NCBI GenBank assembly: GCA_964016885.1
Contig: OZ024740.1
Location: 322,958,001-323,022,000, forward strand
Direction of reading: 5' to 3'
Origin: Eledone cirrhosa
Taxonomy: Eukaryota
Length of the DNA stretch: 64,000 nucleotides
The position numbers and the translations under genes were made by a program. Shown here one piece after another: positions 15,723-29,855 of this stretch (position 1 is its first letter; the number at the start of each line of letters is the position of its first letter). The notes under the pieces are model-generated. The model was not told where the DNA came from. It was given only the letters and a program-made list of their open reading frames with translations, and did not search any database.

Positions 15723-17198
15723 GGTTTAAGGACATTAAATATAAGCATAACAATAAATTTATTCAATTGGATATTACTAATTATTACTCATCTATCACTC
15801 CCAACCTACTTAATAAAGCCCTTACATATGCATTTAAATATACAGATTTAACTAGTAATGACATGCACATTATCTTAACTGCACGTAAAACATTAATTAA
15901 ATTTAACAACCACCTCTGGACTAGAGCAAACAGAGATAATAATTTTGTAATTACTATGGGAGCATCCGACTCGGCACAATTAACGCTTTTTATTAACTAT
16001 ACTTTACATAGGAAAATACCGGAGATGACCGGTGGTTTATATCGTGACGATATGCTATTACTTATAGAAAATAATAATAATTGTGAAATAAATAGGAAAA
16101 GAAAAGAAATTATACAATTTTTTAATTGCCTTAATCTTAAAGTAGAAGTAGAGAATAATTATACATTTTTTTAGATGTAACTTTAAACCTTAACACTGGC
16201 TTTATTATGCCTTTCATAAAATATATGAGAATCTAAACTATGTTAACTTTAATTCCAATCACCCTAGATCCGTCAAAAACACTATTGTAAATTCTGTGCA
16301 GCAACGTATTTCTAGAATTTCAGCTAATAAAAAATATATTTGAAGATAAGGCACAATATTATAACGAAGCGTTAGGTAGAGCAGGCTATAGTAATAACAT
16401 TAAATACATTGATAATAAGGATGTACCAACTAACCATAACTATAAATATTACAATAGAAAACCTTACACTAACTCGAAAACCAAAAGAAAAAATAGAACT
16501 AGAAATATATTATGGTTCGCTCCCCTTTCTCATTAAGTATTAAAACTCCTATTGCTAAATTATTCTTTAAAGCTCTAGATAAATGCTTTCCTAGAACACA
16601 CAGGTATTACTCAATATTTAATAGACATACTATTAAACTCTCATATTCCACCACTATGAATTTAGCGCAGAATATTAATAGAATTAATAATAGAAACTTA
16701 AAACCTAACCAGAATAGAATTGATACCCCTAGCAATATCCAATATAATGTTACGGCTCCCAGTAATTTAAATTTAGATAAATGTAATTGTAGAAACAAAT
16801 CTAACTGTCCTCTAAATAATAATTGTTTAGTTAAAAATATAGTATACAATTGTAATGTTAAAACTAACATAAACTCCTTTAATTATGTAGGCTCTACCCC
16901 CACAGACTTCAAGTCCCGTTTTAATAACCACAAATGTTCTTTTACGAATATTGGTAAAAAAACTTCAACTTCTCTATCTAACTTACTATGGGACCTGACA
17001 TCAAAGAACATTAACTATTCTTTACTTTGGAATATTATCTCCAAAGCTCCTTCATACACTGCTTTATCTAAAAATTGTTCCCTTTGTGTCGAAGAAATAT
17101 TCTTTATACTAAAAAGTAAGAACTCTATTAATTTGAGGAACAATTTATTTAGTTCTTGCAAACATCGTTTAAATTCAACTTTTAAAATATATATATAA
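15722..17198 (+). pseudogene. Penelope-like element RT + GIY-YIG endonuclease, 5'-truncated and frameshifted
   Basis: FIQLDITNYYSSI (RT motif A), MGASDSA, GLYRDD, frameshift near 16170 into LDVTLNL; linker CNCRNKSNCPLNNNC; IVY...YVG...FKSRFNNHK; C-terminal CSLC..E and SSCKH. Confidence 0.9.
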
Positions 17199-18445
17199 AA
17201 TGTAATATACGACTTATCTCTTTTACATAATGTCTTCTATATCCATATATGATTCATATACTTAATTTATTTTCTACTATCTCTACTTCACACATATATT
17301 ATTACACCTATCGATAGATTATAAAATTCCTTTATATGATTGCTTGAAACTCCTTTAAGGAAAATTTTTTCTCGAAAAACTTACGGAAGGGTTTAAGAAA
17401 ATCTTTTGAAAATTCCTTTGAAAGATATAGAAAAACTAAATTTTTATATTCTTATATTTCCAAACGTTTTTAATATATATATCCAATTGTTTATATATAT
17501 GTGGAAAAACATATGTTTTTTAAAAATATATATGTGGAGTAACCTATGGTTTATGCTTTAAATATATTCTTAAGAAAAATTTTTTAACATGTTTTAACTT
17601 TATAGCAAGTAAATTTATGACTTCGTATAAAATAACACAAGGTTCATGTTCTAATTATATTCTTAAGATAGAAAATTTAACTTCTTAACTTTATAGCATT
17701 TAATCCTTAGAGTCATCTGAGTTCTTAAAAAATCACTTATAACTTCCTTTACGCTCCCTTACTGTTTTTATAATATAACTAAGTGGTTATTCTTTTGTAA
17801 ACTCTCGAAAATTTTCCATAAATTTAGAATTATTTGGATGTTTAAAATTTTTGACTTACAACTTTTAATAAAATAAACTATACTAGATTTGCTCTAATGT
17901 AAAATAATATATATTTTTTTAATAATTTATAATCCTTAACATACACATTTAAACTAATTATTAATTTATTAAATTAAATCTTTAATCTAATTTTTCAACC
18001 TATCATTATAAATATTATAATCAAAACATAACGAATCCTGCATTATAAATATTATTCTTCCACGGTATTCTTTTCTTCATTTCTCCTCTCACGTAAATAT
18101 GCTTACGCTCTATTTGTCCTTTAAAACTAATATCTTCTCTCACTTAAAAATATACTTACGCTCTTCTCTTCACAATATTTTCACTGTCAAAAAATATATG
18201 TAATCGCTCCTTCTTTTTTTCTTTCTTTCTTTTTTCTCTGTCTATCACATATCACCTTCTTACAACAGTTTAATTTAAATAAACCGTTATCTTTTCAATC
18301 TTTCGGACACTCATTTGCATACTCAATCATAATTTTCTATCACCCTCAATAAATGTAATATCTCCACTATCCAGGAAGGTCCAACCGATAAGGTTGTCTT
18401 TTTTCAGGGTATGTCAATATTTATTTATAAAACAAATCTGTATTG

Positions 18446-18511
18446 TATTTTATCTGATGAAAGCGCAGCATAATTTGCATTGGTGGCCCTTGAAATATGT
18501 ATAATAAAATG
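18446..18511 (+). ncRNA. Minimal type I hammerhead ribozyme, probably in the 3' pLTR of the upstream PLE
   Basis: Stem I TATTTTAT/ATAAAATG, extendable to TTTATAAAAC/GTTTTATAAA; CTGATGA 18454-18460; stem II AAG..CTT; GAAA 18492-18495; minimal stem III TATGTA; predicted cleavage after 18503. Confidence 0.75.
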
Positions 18512-18561
18512 TATATGGTTTTATAAATATAGTTTCCATTTGTTAATATATTGTATATATA

Positions 18562-18623
<62 letters not shown>

Positions 18624-18627
<4 letters not shown>

Positions 18628-19450
18628 AAAATCCTTTGAAATTCTACATAAACATTTTCCACCAAACCACAGATACCACCAAATATTTAACAAATATACT
18701 GTTAAATTCTCATACCCTACATCAAGCAATCTCCAACAAAAAATAAGCAACTACAACATTTATAAACTTAAAAATAGTATGACTACACCACCGCAACATA
18801 ATTTAAATAGGACTGCACCTTTTAAAAAGGCAAATAATACAATCCTTCAACCTAGAAAATACAACCACCCAAATCACCAACACAAAAACAACAGAACACA
18901 CAATCACACTACAACTCTAGCACCAAACCACCCACAAAGCAACCTTCATTCTCCTGCTATCATAATTACAATAGGAATAGCTCAAGGATTAATGAGAATA
19001 GTATAGCCACCCCAACAATCATCTTACGTATGGCTGTAATTGCAGAAATAGAAGCATTTGCCCCTTAAATGGAAACTGTTTGATTAATAATGTAATATAT
19101 AAATGCACTGTGTCTACTACAGACTCCAACAAAACATATATAGGATCTACATCAAACACATTTAAGAAAAGATTTTACGCACACTCTAGTAGTTTTAACA
19201 ATACTAAACTAGCAAACACCACATCTTTAGCTGAAGCGGTAAATAATTATAAAAAGAAAAAAATTAGATTTCAAGTTATCGCGGAACACCATTCTACAAA
19301 GAACTCCATATATTGGGAACAGGAGAGAATGCAGATTATGTTCAGGGGAGATCTTGGAAATTACTAAATCTAAGGACGATTTATTAAATAAAAGACAGGA
19401 ATTGATCATAGTTTGTATACGAAGAACATTTAAATACTATAAACCTAATT
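18624..19450 (+). pseudogene. Second PLE fragment (C-terminal RT linker + GIY-YIG)
   Basis: KHFPPNHRYHQIFNKYTVKFSY, CNCRNRSICPLNGNC, VIYKC...YIGST...FKKRFYAHSSSF; homologous to 16512-17198; starts at a (TA)n tract. Confidence 0.85.
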
Positions 19451-19663
19451 AAATATTCTAAATAGCAACTCACTATAATTCCATATAGAGTAACATTTAT
19501 TAGTACCGCTTTCCCCTAATTATATGCATTCATGCTTATTTTTGCCTTTTAATGTTTTAGCTTCCTTAGATTTATGCGTTAATGACTAAAGGCAACAAGA
19601 TACACAACCACCCGTAATTGCATGAGTAAATATATATCTATGTATGAAATGGAAATATATTTA

Positions 19664-19748
<85 letters not shown>

Positions 19749-19857
19749 TTATGTATTTGTATGTGTGTATGTATATATACTTCTATAGTGTTTATATATG
19801 AGTATGTGAATATGTATGAGGAGTGTACATATACTGACACATGTATATATATGTGTA

Positions 19858-19903
<46 letters not shown>

Positions 19904-19906
<3 letters not shown>

Positions 19907-21496
19907 TGCCCCGCAAAAGTTTACAACACATTAGGAAAAATGGAGTTTTAGGTATTTTTAATAAAGTTAGGGTAATGAAAATTTAACTACTGATAGAACA
20001 TATAATGAGGCATTTAATGATACAATCATATTTTTAAAAAAATAACAAGGAAATAACACATGAAGAAAAATCAATATTTTTATAACGCAAAAGTTTACAA
20101 CACATTTTATATTTATCGCTTTTTTTCAAGAAAATTCTTAAATTTTCAGATTTAAAATTCAGTAGAATGTTCTAGATTAGGTTTAATGTAACTTCTAAGG
20201 ACTATTAAAAACATTACATCATTATTTGTCTGACAACCATCCTGTAATCATTGACAACCGTCCTGTAAACATGGACAATATCGGGAAAAATAAACTGATT
20301 GATCAAGACCTCTGTAAACGCATTGTAGACCTTCATACAAATGGTGTTGGTTATAGAAAGATATCTTGTCAGTTAAATGTGCCATTGAGTTCAGTTGGTA
20401 CAATAATTCGTCACTGGAAATCTCATCATTCCATCTGTCCTCTAATTAGTTCTGGTTGTCCTAGAAAGATAACGGAACGTGCAGCTCGGTTATTGACGAG
20501 AAAGGTTGGCAACGAACCCCGGTGTACTCTTAAAAATCTTCAGGATGACCTCGAAGAAAGTGGAGTAAAAGTGAGCACAGATACAATTAGTCGTTCACTT
20601 CGTCGATATAATATCTTCTCGAGGTCTCCAAGGAAAACACCACTTCTTACGAGGAAACACGTTCTTCGTCGATTAAACTTTGCAAATGAGCATCTCATCA
20701 AACCTGCGTCATTTTGGGAAGATGTACTTTAGTCGGACGAAACAAAAATTGAACTTTTTGGTCGAAATGCTGTGGCAAAAGTCTGGAGAAAGAAAGGTAC
20801 TGAATATTCGCCGAAGAATACTATTCCAACTGAAAAATTTGGAGGTGGATCAATTATGATCTGGGGTTGCTTTAGTGCCACAGGTGTAGGATATATTGAA
20901 ATAATAGAAGGAAGAATGGGTGGCACTTATTATAGAGGTATTTTCCAAAGGAATTTACATCAAAGTGCACATTCTCTCAGCTAAAAGCCAGGTTGGTTTT
21001 TTCAACAAGATAACAATCCAAAGCATACTGCAAAGCTAACACAATCTTAGTTAAGTACGAATGGAATAAATGTTCTAAAATGGCCATGTCAGTCTCCAGA
21101 TCTTAACCCGATCGAAAATTTGTGGAGAGAATTCAAAAAAGGAAACCCCAAAATATCCCTGAACTAAAGAAAATTTGTTGTGAAGAATGGATAAGAAACA
21201 TGCAAGAAGTTTGTAGGAGGCTACTCCAAACGCCCTACAGGCTGTAATTAGCAACAAAGGTTACGCTACGAAATATTAAGAGATGATTTAATAAATGTGT
21301 TGTAAACTTTTGCGTTATAAAAATATTGATTTTTCTTCATGAGTTATTTCCTTGTTATTTTTTTAAAACTATGATTGTATCATTAAATGCCTCATTATAT
21401 GTTCTATCGGTAGTTAAATTTTCATTACCCTAACTTTATTAAAAATACCTAAAGCCGCATTTTTCTTAATGTGTTGTAAACTTTTGCCGGGCACTG
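19904..21496 (+). mobile_element. Full-length Tc1-family DNA transposon with ~205-bp IR/DR terminal repeats
   Basis: CAGTGCCC...GGGCACTG ends, TA TSD inside (TA)n; TIRs ~19904-20108 and ~21293-21496, each with two CAAAAGTTTACAACACATT direct repeats. Confidence 0.95.
20271..21279 (+). pseudogene. Tc1 DD34E-type transposase, inactivated
   Basis: Paired-like HTH N-terminus, [31 protein letters not shown]; stops at 20730, ~20982 and ~21048. Confidence 0.92.
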
Positions 21497-22491
21497 TATA
21501 TATATATATATGTATGTATATGTATATATATATGTATGTATGAGTGTGTGTGTATATATGTATATATGTGGGTATAGATGTGTATGTGTGGATATTAGAT
21601 ATGTACGGATATGTATGTATATGATTATATGCATACGTGTAAATGTATATTTAGGTTTGCATCTATTTGTGCGTATGTATATTTTTGGTTGGATATCAAT
21701 ATAACTGCACCTCTCTCTCTATGTAGTGTGGATATGTGCACTTTGTAATCTATGAAATTTATGTGTTTTAACTATGCCAACATGTATTTATCTGAGTTTT
21801 ATTATTTAATCATAAACATACTTGATAGTATTTTAGAGCGTATCATATGCTATATTATACTAAGTGCAATTTACTACACCGTACTATATTGTGTTGGTTA
21901 AGTTGTATATTATGGCATTACTGTATTTCATTATCTTATTATAATTTTCATCTTTTAATATACTATCTTTCCTAGTCATAATCTTAATTTATATTCACCT
22001 TAAAACTCAATACAACACTAATCACCATTTATTTTGACATTCCTTTTAAATTCACTATACCAGATGCATTCAACTATCAGTTTGACAATCCCTTTCCTCC
22101 TAATAGATTTTTATGTCAATTCTACTATTAACACCCTTCAACCATTCCTTTCAAAGGGTCATGACCTCAACTAAAGTGTATTACTTTTCATCTTAACACC
22201 ATATGAAAAAAAAATTTGATCCGTTAGTTCTTAAACTATCTCCAAATAAGGACATAATACTAACATACTACTAATTCTGAATAAAATTATTATTGAATAA
22301 AATTATTATTGCTTTTGAAAATAGCTGGTGATATACATGTAAGTAAATATTCTCTTTATCTGATAGTTTGTAACTAACCTTACATAGATCAATAACTGAG
22401 TATAGCTACAATGTATTATCATCATCTAGAAACGATCGTAAAGCAGTGAAGTATATCTCTAATGACTTGATTTTTTATTTCATTGTTTTAT

Positions 22492-22532
<41 letters not shown>

Positions 22533-22659
22533 AGAAGCAAAAAATTGCTTATTGTGATTCTGTTTTTGGTTAAGAAAGCCAGTTTCATGGATGGTTACAA
22601 CGTACGGTTAGGGGTAACTCCACAAGTTTGTAAGAATTCCGTTCAATCTTGGAGTATAA

Positions 22660-22959
22660 AGTATAAAAGAGAAAACACAGGTAAGCATAAAGAGAAGGAT
22701 TTTATCCAGGTATTTACGACCGTTTCATTGGTAAGTGCAACCTTATATTGCTATACTGCAAATAGCAGCCACTCAATTATAATTGTTGTTCACAGTCCAA
22801 ATTTTCAAAATATTTTGAAAATTTGGACTGTGAACAACAATTATAATTGAGTGGCTGCTATTTGCAGTATAGCAATATAAGGTTGCACTTACCAATGAAA
22901 CGGTCGTAAATACCTGGATAAAATCCTTCTCTTAATGCTTACCTGTGTTTTCTCTTTTA

Positions 22960-22963
<4 letters not shown>
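22660..22963. repeat. 304-bp near-perfect zero-spacer palindrome
   Basis: Centre CAAAAT|ATTTTG at 22811/22812; about one mismatch seen; right arm contains the hammerhead-like 3' half GAAACGGTCGTA (22897-22908) and runs into (TA)n. Confidence 0.92.
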
Positions 22964-23001
<38 letters not shown>

Positions 23002-23007
<6 letters not shown>

Positions 23008-26000
23008 ATGGACTGGGAATCGAATTCACAACCTCATTGTTGTATGGACTGTTAAATTCGTTTTATTCAGTTTACACGTGCTCACACATTTGCATATGAA
23101 TCACGTGACCTGGGAAGTCAGTCAGCGTTGGTATTAAAAACTCGGTCACAGACTGCTGCTGTCACTGACTTACTTTATGTTATTCTGCTACTGTGAGGAG
23201 GGGCGTTTTTGGTTGTTTCGTACAATACACAAATTATTTGATATAACTCGTGTTTTCTCTGCGAGTACCGAGAGGAATACAACAGAGTTTATTGACGTCG
23301 CCGATAGGATTTACCTACATTGCCGATAGGATTTACCAACATTGCCGGGAAATTGTTTATCATAAAAACATGGCGGAACAACAAACAGCGGAGCTAATAA
23401 AGTTGTTTAGAGAACAGATGGAAAAACAAATGCAACAACAGGAACAACAAATGCAACAACACAAGAAAGATATGGACACTCTGATAAAACTGTTTGGTGC
23501 TCGAGATTCTGAGCAACAGAGTTTATTGGCGTCGCCAGTTGCTTCGACACCAACAGTATTCATCCCACCATTTGCTGCTTTTGATTCAACAACAGAACTA
23601 TGGCCTGATTACTGGTCAAGATTCTGCACGTTTGTGGCTGCTAACGCTGTACCCGAGCAACGCATGACACAAGTGTTCCTGACTAATCAGACGGCTGCTA
23701 TCTACAAACAACTTGCAAATCTGGCTGCTCAACAAAATCCGCCTAAGGATATCAACAAGTTGACAATGGACGAAATTGTTGACTTCATGAAAGAACAGTT
23801 CGACCCAAAACTTTTCATTGTGAGAGAATGTTTCAAGTTCTGGAGTGACATGCAACGGAAGCCAGGCGAAACTCTCCAGGAGCTGGCAGCACGTATATGT
23901 CAGGATGCAGCTACCTGTGATTTTCCTTTGATCACAAATCCACAAGATGAAGCTCTAAGACAGAGATTTATATGTTCTGTCAATAATAAAGCTGTGTTGA
24001 AGGCCATTTTCAAGATCAAGGATACAGAACTAGATTTCGCCCGTGCTGTCCAAGTTGTCATCGGGACCGAAGACGCAGCAAAGGTTGCCAAGGAAACTGT
24101 TTACGGTTCCAAAACCAAGCAAGTCTACAAGGTCCAGCAGAACAAGAACAAGGGTCCTCGAAAGAACCATCAGCAGTCTTATTCCACAGACCAGGAGATG
24201 TGCTACCGATGTGGAAAGGCCCACAAAGCGACAGACTGCCCCTTCAACGAAGCCAAATGTCATTTTTGTGACAAAAAGGGACATTTGCAAGCTGTGTGTA
24301 GAAAGAAACAACATCAGCAACTTAATCATCGCTCACAGAATTACGTGAAAAGAATCATGAAAGCTGAGCTAGTCAAGGCGATCTTTGGTGAAGTTCCCCA
24401 CGATACTCATAGTTTGAATGTGCCAATAACAATCCAGAACAGACTTTTCACAATGGAATTGGACACAGCTACTACAGGCAATTTTGTTTCCTTGTCAGTT
24501 TGGAAACAATTAGGAAAACCGAAGCTGCAAGATGTCAAACATCGGTTTGAATCTGCCAGCAAGCACGACCTGCCCGTTCTGGGAACTTTCATGGGCCAAA
24601 CCAAGGATCCAACGACCGGTAAACGGAATTCAATACCCTACATCGTCACCAAGATCCCTGATCTTAATTTGCTGGGACGAAACGCTATCCAGACTCTGGG
24701 AATTTCCGTGGACAATGCTCTAGGATTGAAAAGCATAGACAGCCAGGCCAAGAGTGAGGGTGCAGAAGTGATGCATCCAAAGACCTCAAATGAGCCCTAT
24801 ATTTCCATGCAACGAGATTGTCACAACATGTGTGATGAATTCCCAGATCTCTTCAAGCAAGAATTGGGATGTCTTAATGACTTCGAACTGGAAGTGAATT
24901 TCAAGTCGGACGCGACACCGGTCTTTCACAAGGCACGCCCGGTCCCGTTTGCTCTTCGTGATGACCTGGCCAAAGGTTACGAAGAAGGCATCGCCAAAGG
25001 AATCTGGAAGCCAATACAGTTCAACGAATACGGAACGCCAGTGGTACCGATTCGTAAAGCACATACTTCAGGCAACCTGAAGCCCAAACTACGGATTTGT
25101 GGTGACTACTCTGTGGGAATTAATTACCAACTTGCAGATCATCGTCATCCAATGCCACTCCCAGAGGAACTGATGCAGAAGCTCGGAGGTGGATTCGGAT
25201 ACACAAAGATTGATCTTGCTGATGCCTATAATCAGATCAAGCTGGCTCCAGAAAGTCAACGCAGGCTTGCACTCAGCACTCACCGTGGGGTGCTCCTGCA
25301 GGAACGACTCCCTTTCGGAATCAAGTCAGCACCTGGTTACTTTCAGGAGATCATGGAAAACCTGACTCAAGATCTACCTGGTGTGGCTGTCTTCCAGGAC
25401 GACATGCTCGTCAGTGGGAAAGATGCAAACGATCACCCGAACAACCTAAAGTGTCTGCTCACACGTCTGTGCGACAAAGGACTCAGATGTCGCCGTGACA
25501 AGTGCCAGTTTGCACTACCCAGTGTGGAATACCTTGGACACACCTTGTCGGCTGAAGGGATGGCGAAGGGATCCAAGGTCGAAGCAGTTTTAAAGATGCC
25601 ACCTCCAACGAATGTCTCAAGCTTGAAGTCTTTCCTGGGTTCAGTTCAGTTCTATGGAAAGTTTATCCCAAACCTGGCCAGCATGGCAGAGCCACTCTAT
25701 TGCCTTACAAAAAAAACGACTATTTGGAAGTGGGGAGATGAAGAACAGTTAGCTTTCGATCAGTTGAAAAATGTGCTTTCACGGGATCGAGTTCTGATAC
25801 ACTTCGATCCAAACAAAACTTTGGGACTGGCTTGCGACGCGTCAAACGTTGGTATTGGAGCAGTCCTGTTTCATCGCTATCCTGATGGAAGCGAGCGCCC
25901 AATATCCAATGTGTCCAAGACTCTTACTTCTGCACAGCGTAACTACGGCCAAATTCAAAAGGAAGCCCTGGCCATCATATTTGGCTTGCAGAAGTTCTAT

Positions 26001-27924
26001 CAGTATCTGTACGGACATCAGTTTATACTCCTAACTGACCTCAAGCCACTGACATCACTGTTCAGTCCGAGGAAAGGGACGCCACTTGTCGCTGCTAACC
26101 GACTAGCACGGTGGGCCCTGTGGCTGAACCAGTTTGACTACACCATCGAATATCGGAAAACAGCGGATCATGGCAATGCAGATGCCCTCAGTCGCTTGCC
26201 ATTTGGTAATGACATCGACTTTGACAGGAAGGAAAATGGTGAAGACATGGACATGGTGTGCGCCATCAAAGCTCTCAGTCTTCAAGTCCAACCCATCGAT
26301 GCTAACGTCCTCCGTCAAGAGTCAGGGAAAGATCCAGTGATATCTACAGTGATACGCTACGTCCGTGAAGGCTGGCCACCAAAGAATACTGAGATCAATG
26401 ACGAAGTCAATAAGTTCCGGAAGTTATCGGATTCACTCAGTATCTGCCACGGATGCCTTATCTAAGGATCGAGAGTTGTGATTCCACATAGCTTACAGCC
26501 AAAGATCCTCAATCTTCTGCATCTCGGACACTTTGGCATGGAGCGCATGAAACAATTGGCAAGAACTGCTGTTTATTGGCCTGGTATCGATGCTGCTATA
26601 GAGAAAACCAGTCGACAATGTGATTCGTGTGGTGAACATCAAAACCAGCCATCCAAGTCTCCAGTTCACCCATGGATGTTATCTGAAAAGCCGTGGAGCC
26701 GCTTACACCTGGACCACGCAATAAATTTCATGGGCAGTAATTGGTTGGTGATCACGGATGCTTATTCCAAGTATCCATGCATTCATCCTACGTCATCCAT
26801 GTCCCCCAGAGCCACTTTAGATCTGCTTTAAGAAGACTTTGCGCACTTCGGATTTCCTTACACGCTAGTCACCGATAACGCACCAACTTTTATTTCTGAG
26901 GAGTTCCAGAGCTGGTGCAAAGAACGTGGGATCACGCACCTGACAGGGGCACCTTACCACCCAGCTACCAACGGAGCAGCGGAACGTTTGGTGCAGACCT
27001 TCAAACAAGCTCTGAGGAAGACTTCTCTTCCGCCGAAGCGAGCACTTCAAGAGTTCTTGATGCAGTACCGGAGAACACCGACATCCAGTGGATTCTCTCC
27101 GAGTGAACTTTTGAATCACCAGCAGATACGGACAAGGATTGATTCTCTGCTGCCCTCGCCAGCACACATCGCTCAAGGCAAGCAGTCTAAGGAAGCATAT
27201 AAGTCTCAGATGACTCCGGACTCGGCAGGTGTCGCTAAGGTTACCAGGCAGTACAAGGCTGGAGATCCTGTGTATGCAATGTACTACGGACCTCGCCGAG
27301 ACAAAGATCCCCGATGCGTACCATCAATCATTAAGAAGTACTCGCTGCTTCAACGTTAAGGTCATACCTCATGGCCCGGTGTGGAGACGACACTGGGAAC
27401 AGCTGCAACCGCGGTACACTACTGAGGAAGACAATGTACCTGGTGATGCAGTAGACACTGTTTTTGAATTTGCAACAGATCACCCGTGCCACTAACTCCA
27501 AGACAGACCAGACCCAAGACCTTATTGCCCGTTCCAGAGTATGAACCAGACAATCGAAGACGGTCCAAGAGAACTCGTAAACCCCGAGAGAGACTTTGCT
27601 GTTGATGCTTCTTTTGTCGCATCAATTTCGGTGGGGAGGTGTTGTATGGACTGGGAATCGAACTCACAACCTCATTGTTGTATGGACTGTTAAATTCGTT
27701 TTATTCAGTTTACACGTGCTCACACATTTGCATATGAATCACGTGACCTGGCAGACAGTCAGCGTTGGTATTAAAAACTCGGTCACAGACTGCTGCTGTC
27801 ACTGACTTACTTTATGTTATTCTGCTACTGTGAGGAGGGGCGTTTTTGGTTGTTTCGTACAATACACAAATTATGTGATATAACTCGTTGTATTTTCTCT
27901 GCGAGTACCGAGAGGAATACAACA
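23002..27924 (+). mobile_element. Ty3/Gypsy LTR retrotransposon (Mag-like)
   Basis: LTRs 23002-23284 and 27640-27924 (TGTTGTAT...ATACAACA, only a few differences); TATAT TSD in (TA)n; PPT GGTGGGGAGG 27630-27639; PBS-like TGACGTCGCCGATAGGATT 23293-23311. Confidence 0.97.
23370..27495 (+). pseudogene. Gypsy gag-pol polyprotein (Gag, two zinc knuckles, PR, RT, RNase H, IN) with lesions
   Basis: ATG 23370 (MAEQQ); CYRCGKAHKATDC and CHFCDKKGHLQAVC; LDTA protease; KIDLADAY, LPFG, FQDD; LACDAS; HLGHFG..CDSC; DNAPTF..NGAAER; in-frame stops at 26463 and 26829, frameshift near 27340. Confidence 0.93.
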
Positions 27925-27926
27925 TA

Positions 27927-28378
27927 TATAATAACTAAAAATTGATTAACATATAAATAAACATATGAAACAATCACAGGGAATAATTTTTACAAGTGTG
28001 TAAACACACATAGCTAGGTAGGTAACTAAATAAAGTTAACTAGAACTTCAAAAATAGATACCTTATAATATGATTAATCTTCCCTGTATATATTCCATTA
28101 AAGAAATATATTTCACCAATTAATCGAATGGTAAACCACGGATGCCGAAGCTTGGATTTTCAACAAGGAAGAAGTCAGCCATCTGTGTTTACGCATTAAG
28201 TTCAAATCAGCGACTGGCCAGTAACACGTGCTGTATCTACTAAAAATACATTTTCGAAGTTCTAGTTAACTTTATTTAGTTACCTACCTAGCTATGTGTG
28301 CTTACACACTTGTAAAAATTATCCTCTGTGATTGTTTCATATGATTATTCATATGTTTGTCAATTTCTAGTTATTATA
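27927..28378. repeat. Inverted repeat, ~130-bp diverged arms with a ~190-bp spacer
   Basis: 27927-28058 vs 28248-28378 (ACACATAGCTAGGTAGGTAACTAAATAAAGTTAACTAGAACTTC and its reverse complement). Confidence 0.88.
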
Positions 28379-29614
28379 AAATGGTCGGATCTATTCATTA
28401 GAATCTTGGAGCTTATTTTACGGGTGATATGGCGCATGCCTTGTGGCATGACACCCATAAGTTTGATTGAGATTAAATTCATTTTGATTTATCTTAATTT
28501 TGGATATATATATATATATATATATATATTGTTTTTTTATTGTTCTGATAGCTTCTCCTATTTTCGAAAGTTTATCCTTTCAAAATTTTGAGTTAAATAT
28601 ACGTAAGATAAATTTTTATACTAAATCTATTAAAATTACTATTATTTTGAAATTATAACTTAAAATATTCTATAATATTTTAAAATTGTATTGCTTTTAA
28701 AGTTATATTGCTTATAGTTATATTTCCAAATTGTAATATAATTCTTTTGTATTTTATGTACTCAATTATACTATGGACTGTATTTATATATACTTCTCTC
28801 TCTATGTGTGTATATATGTATATGTGTGTATTGACATACATGTACATATGTTTTATGCGTTTTTATGAATGTATGTCTGTCTGTATGTATATGTATGCGT
28901 GATGCGTATCTACCTATTGGCTGAGGGTACACACACATGTATATATATATGTATATGTGAGAATTGTGTATATTCGTGTGCGTGTATATCCATACAATTT
29001 GATTGCACTTATGTATAGTGATCATCCCAAGATTCGTGACAGATAGACATATAATAACAGCCATAAATACATAACAGGTAATCTTATAAAACTTATATAA
29101 AAAAAAATTTGTTTAATAACATAAAGTGTGTATAACAAAATTTCCTTTAATATCTTAACAATTATAACATTTTTAAGATTCCTATATCTTAAATTAAATT
29201 AAAGAATCCTTTATACTTTGTGTGTATATATTATATACGTAGTTACATATGTTATGTATTTTATAAGTGTGTATATATATTTATATGTATTTATGCGTGT
29301 GTATACGTGTTATACGATATGTAGTTCTCTAGTAATATATGGGTTTCTTAATGTATAGATCCCAATTTTTAATGTATTGATCTCAATTTTTAAATGATTA
29401 ACTAAACATCTAATCATATTTAAACAATGGTTAATTTCTCATATTATATATGTATATTCCATTCATGATTATTAACATTTCTAATTTTATTTATTCATTT
29501 CATCTCAATTGTTAAGTTAATTCAACAAGATATGACTTAGAGTTTTTATTTTTCGTTCTCTCTCCTTCTCTCTGTCTCGTCTCTCTATCTATATCTTTCT
29601 CTCTCTGTTGTTTT

Positions 29615-29688
<74 letters not shown>

Positions 29689-29855
29689 TCTTTATCTTTT
29701 TCTTTCTCTGTAACCCAACGGCTTATTTAAAAATAAAAATATCCAATACGAATAATAATATAATTAAACAACTCCACTATCCGGGAGCTTCCAACAGTAA
29801 TGGCTGCATTTTTTAAGGGTATGTCAATATTTATTTATAAAACTGATCTATATTA

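Noticed and set aside
23250-23369. GTG start for the gag-pol ORF
   Set aside because: It lies within the LTR/PBS region; ATG 23370 is the plausible start.
27940-27985. Hammerhead in the 27927-28378 arms (TTGACAA...CATATGAAAC)
   Set aside because: The core is too degenerate and no cleavage triplet or stem I can be assigned.
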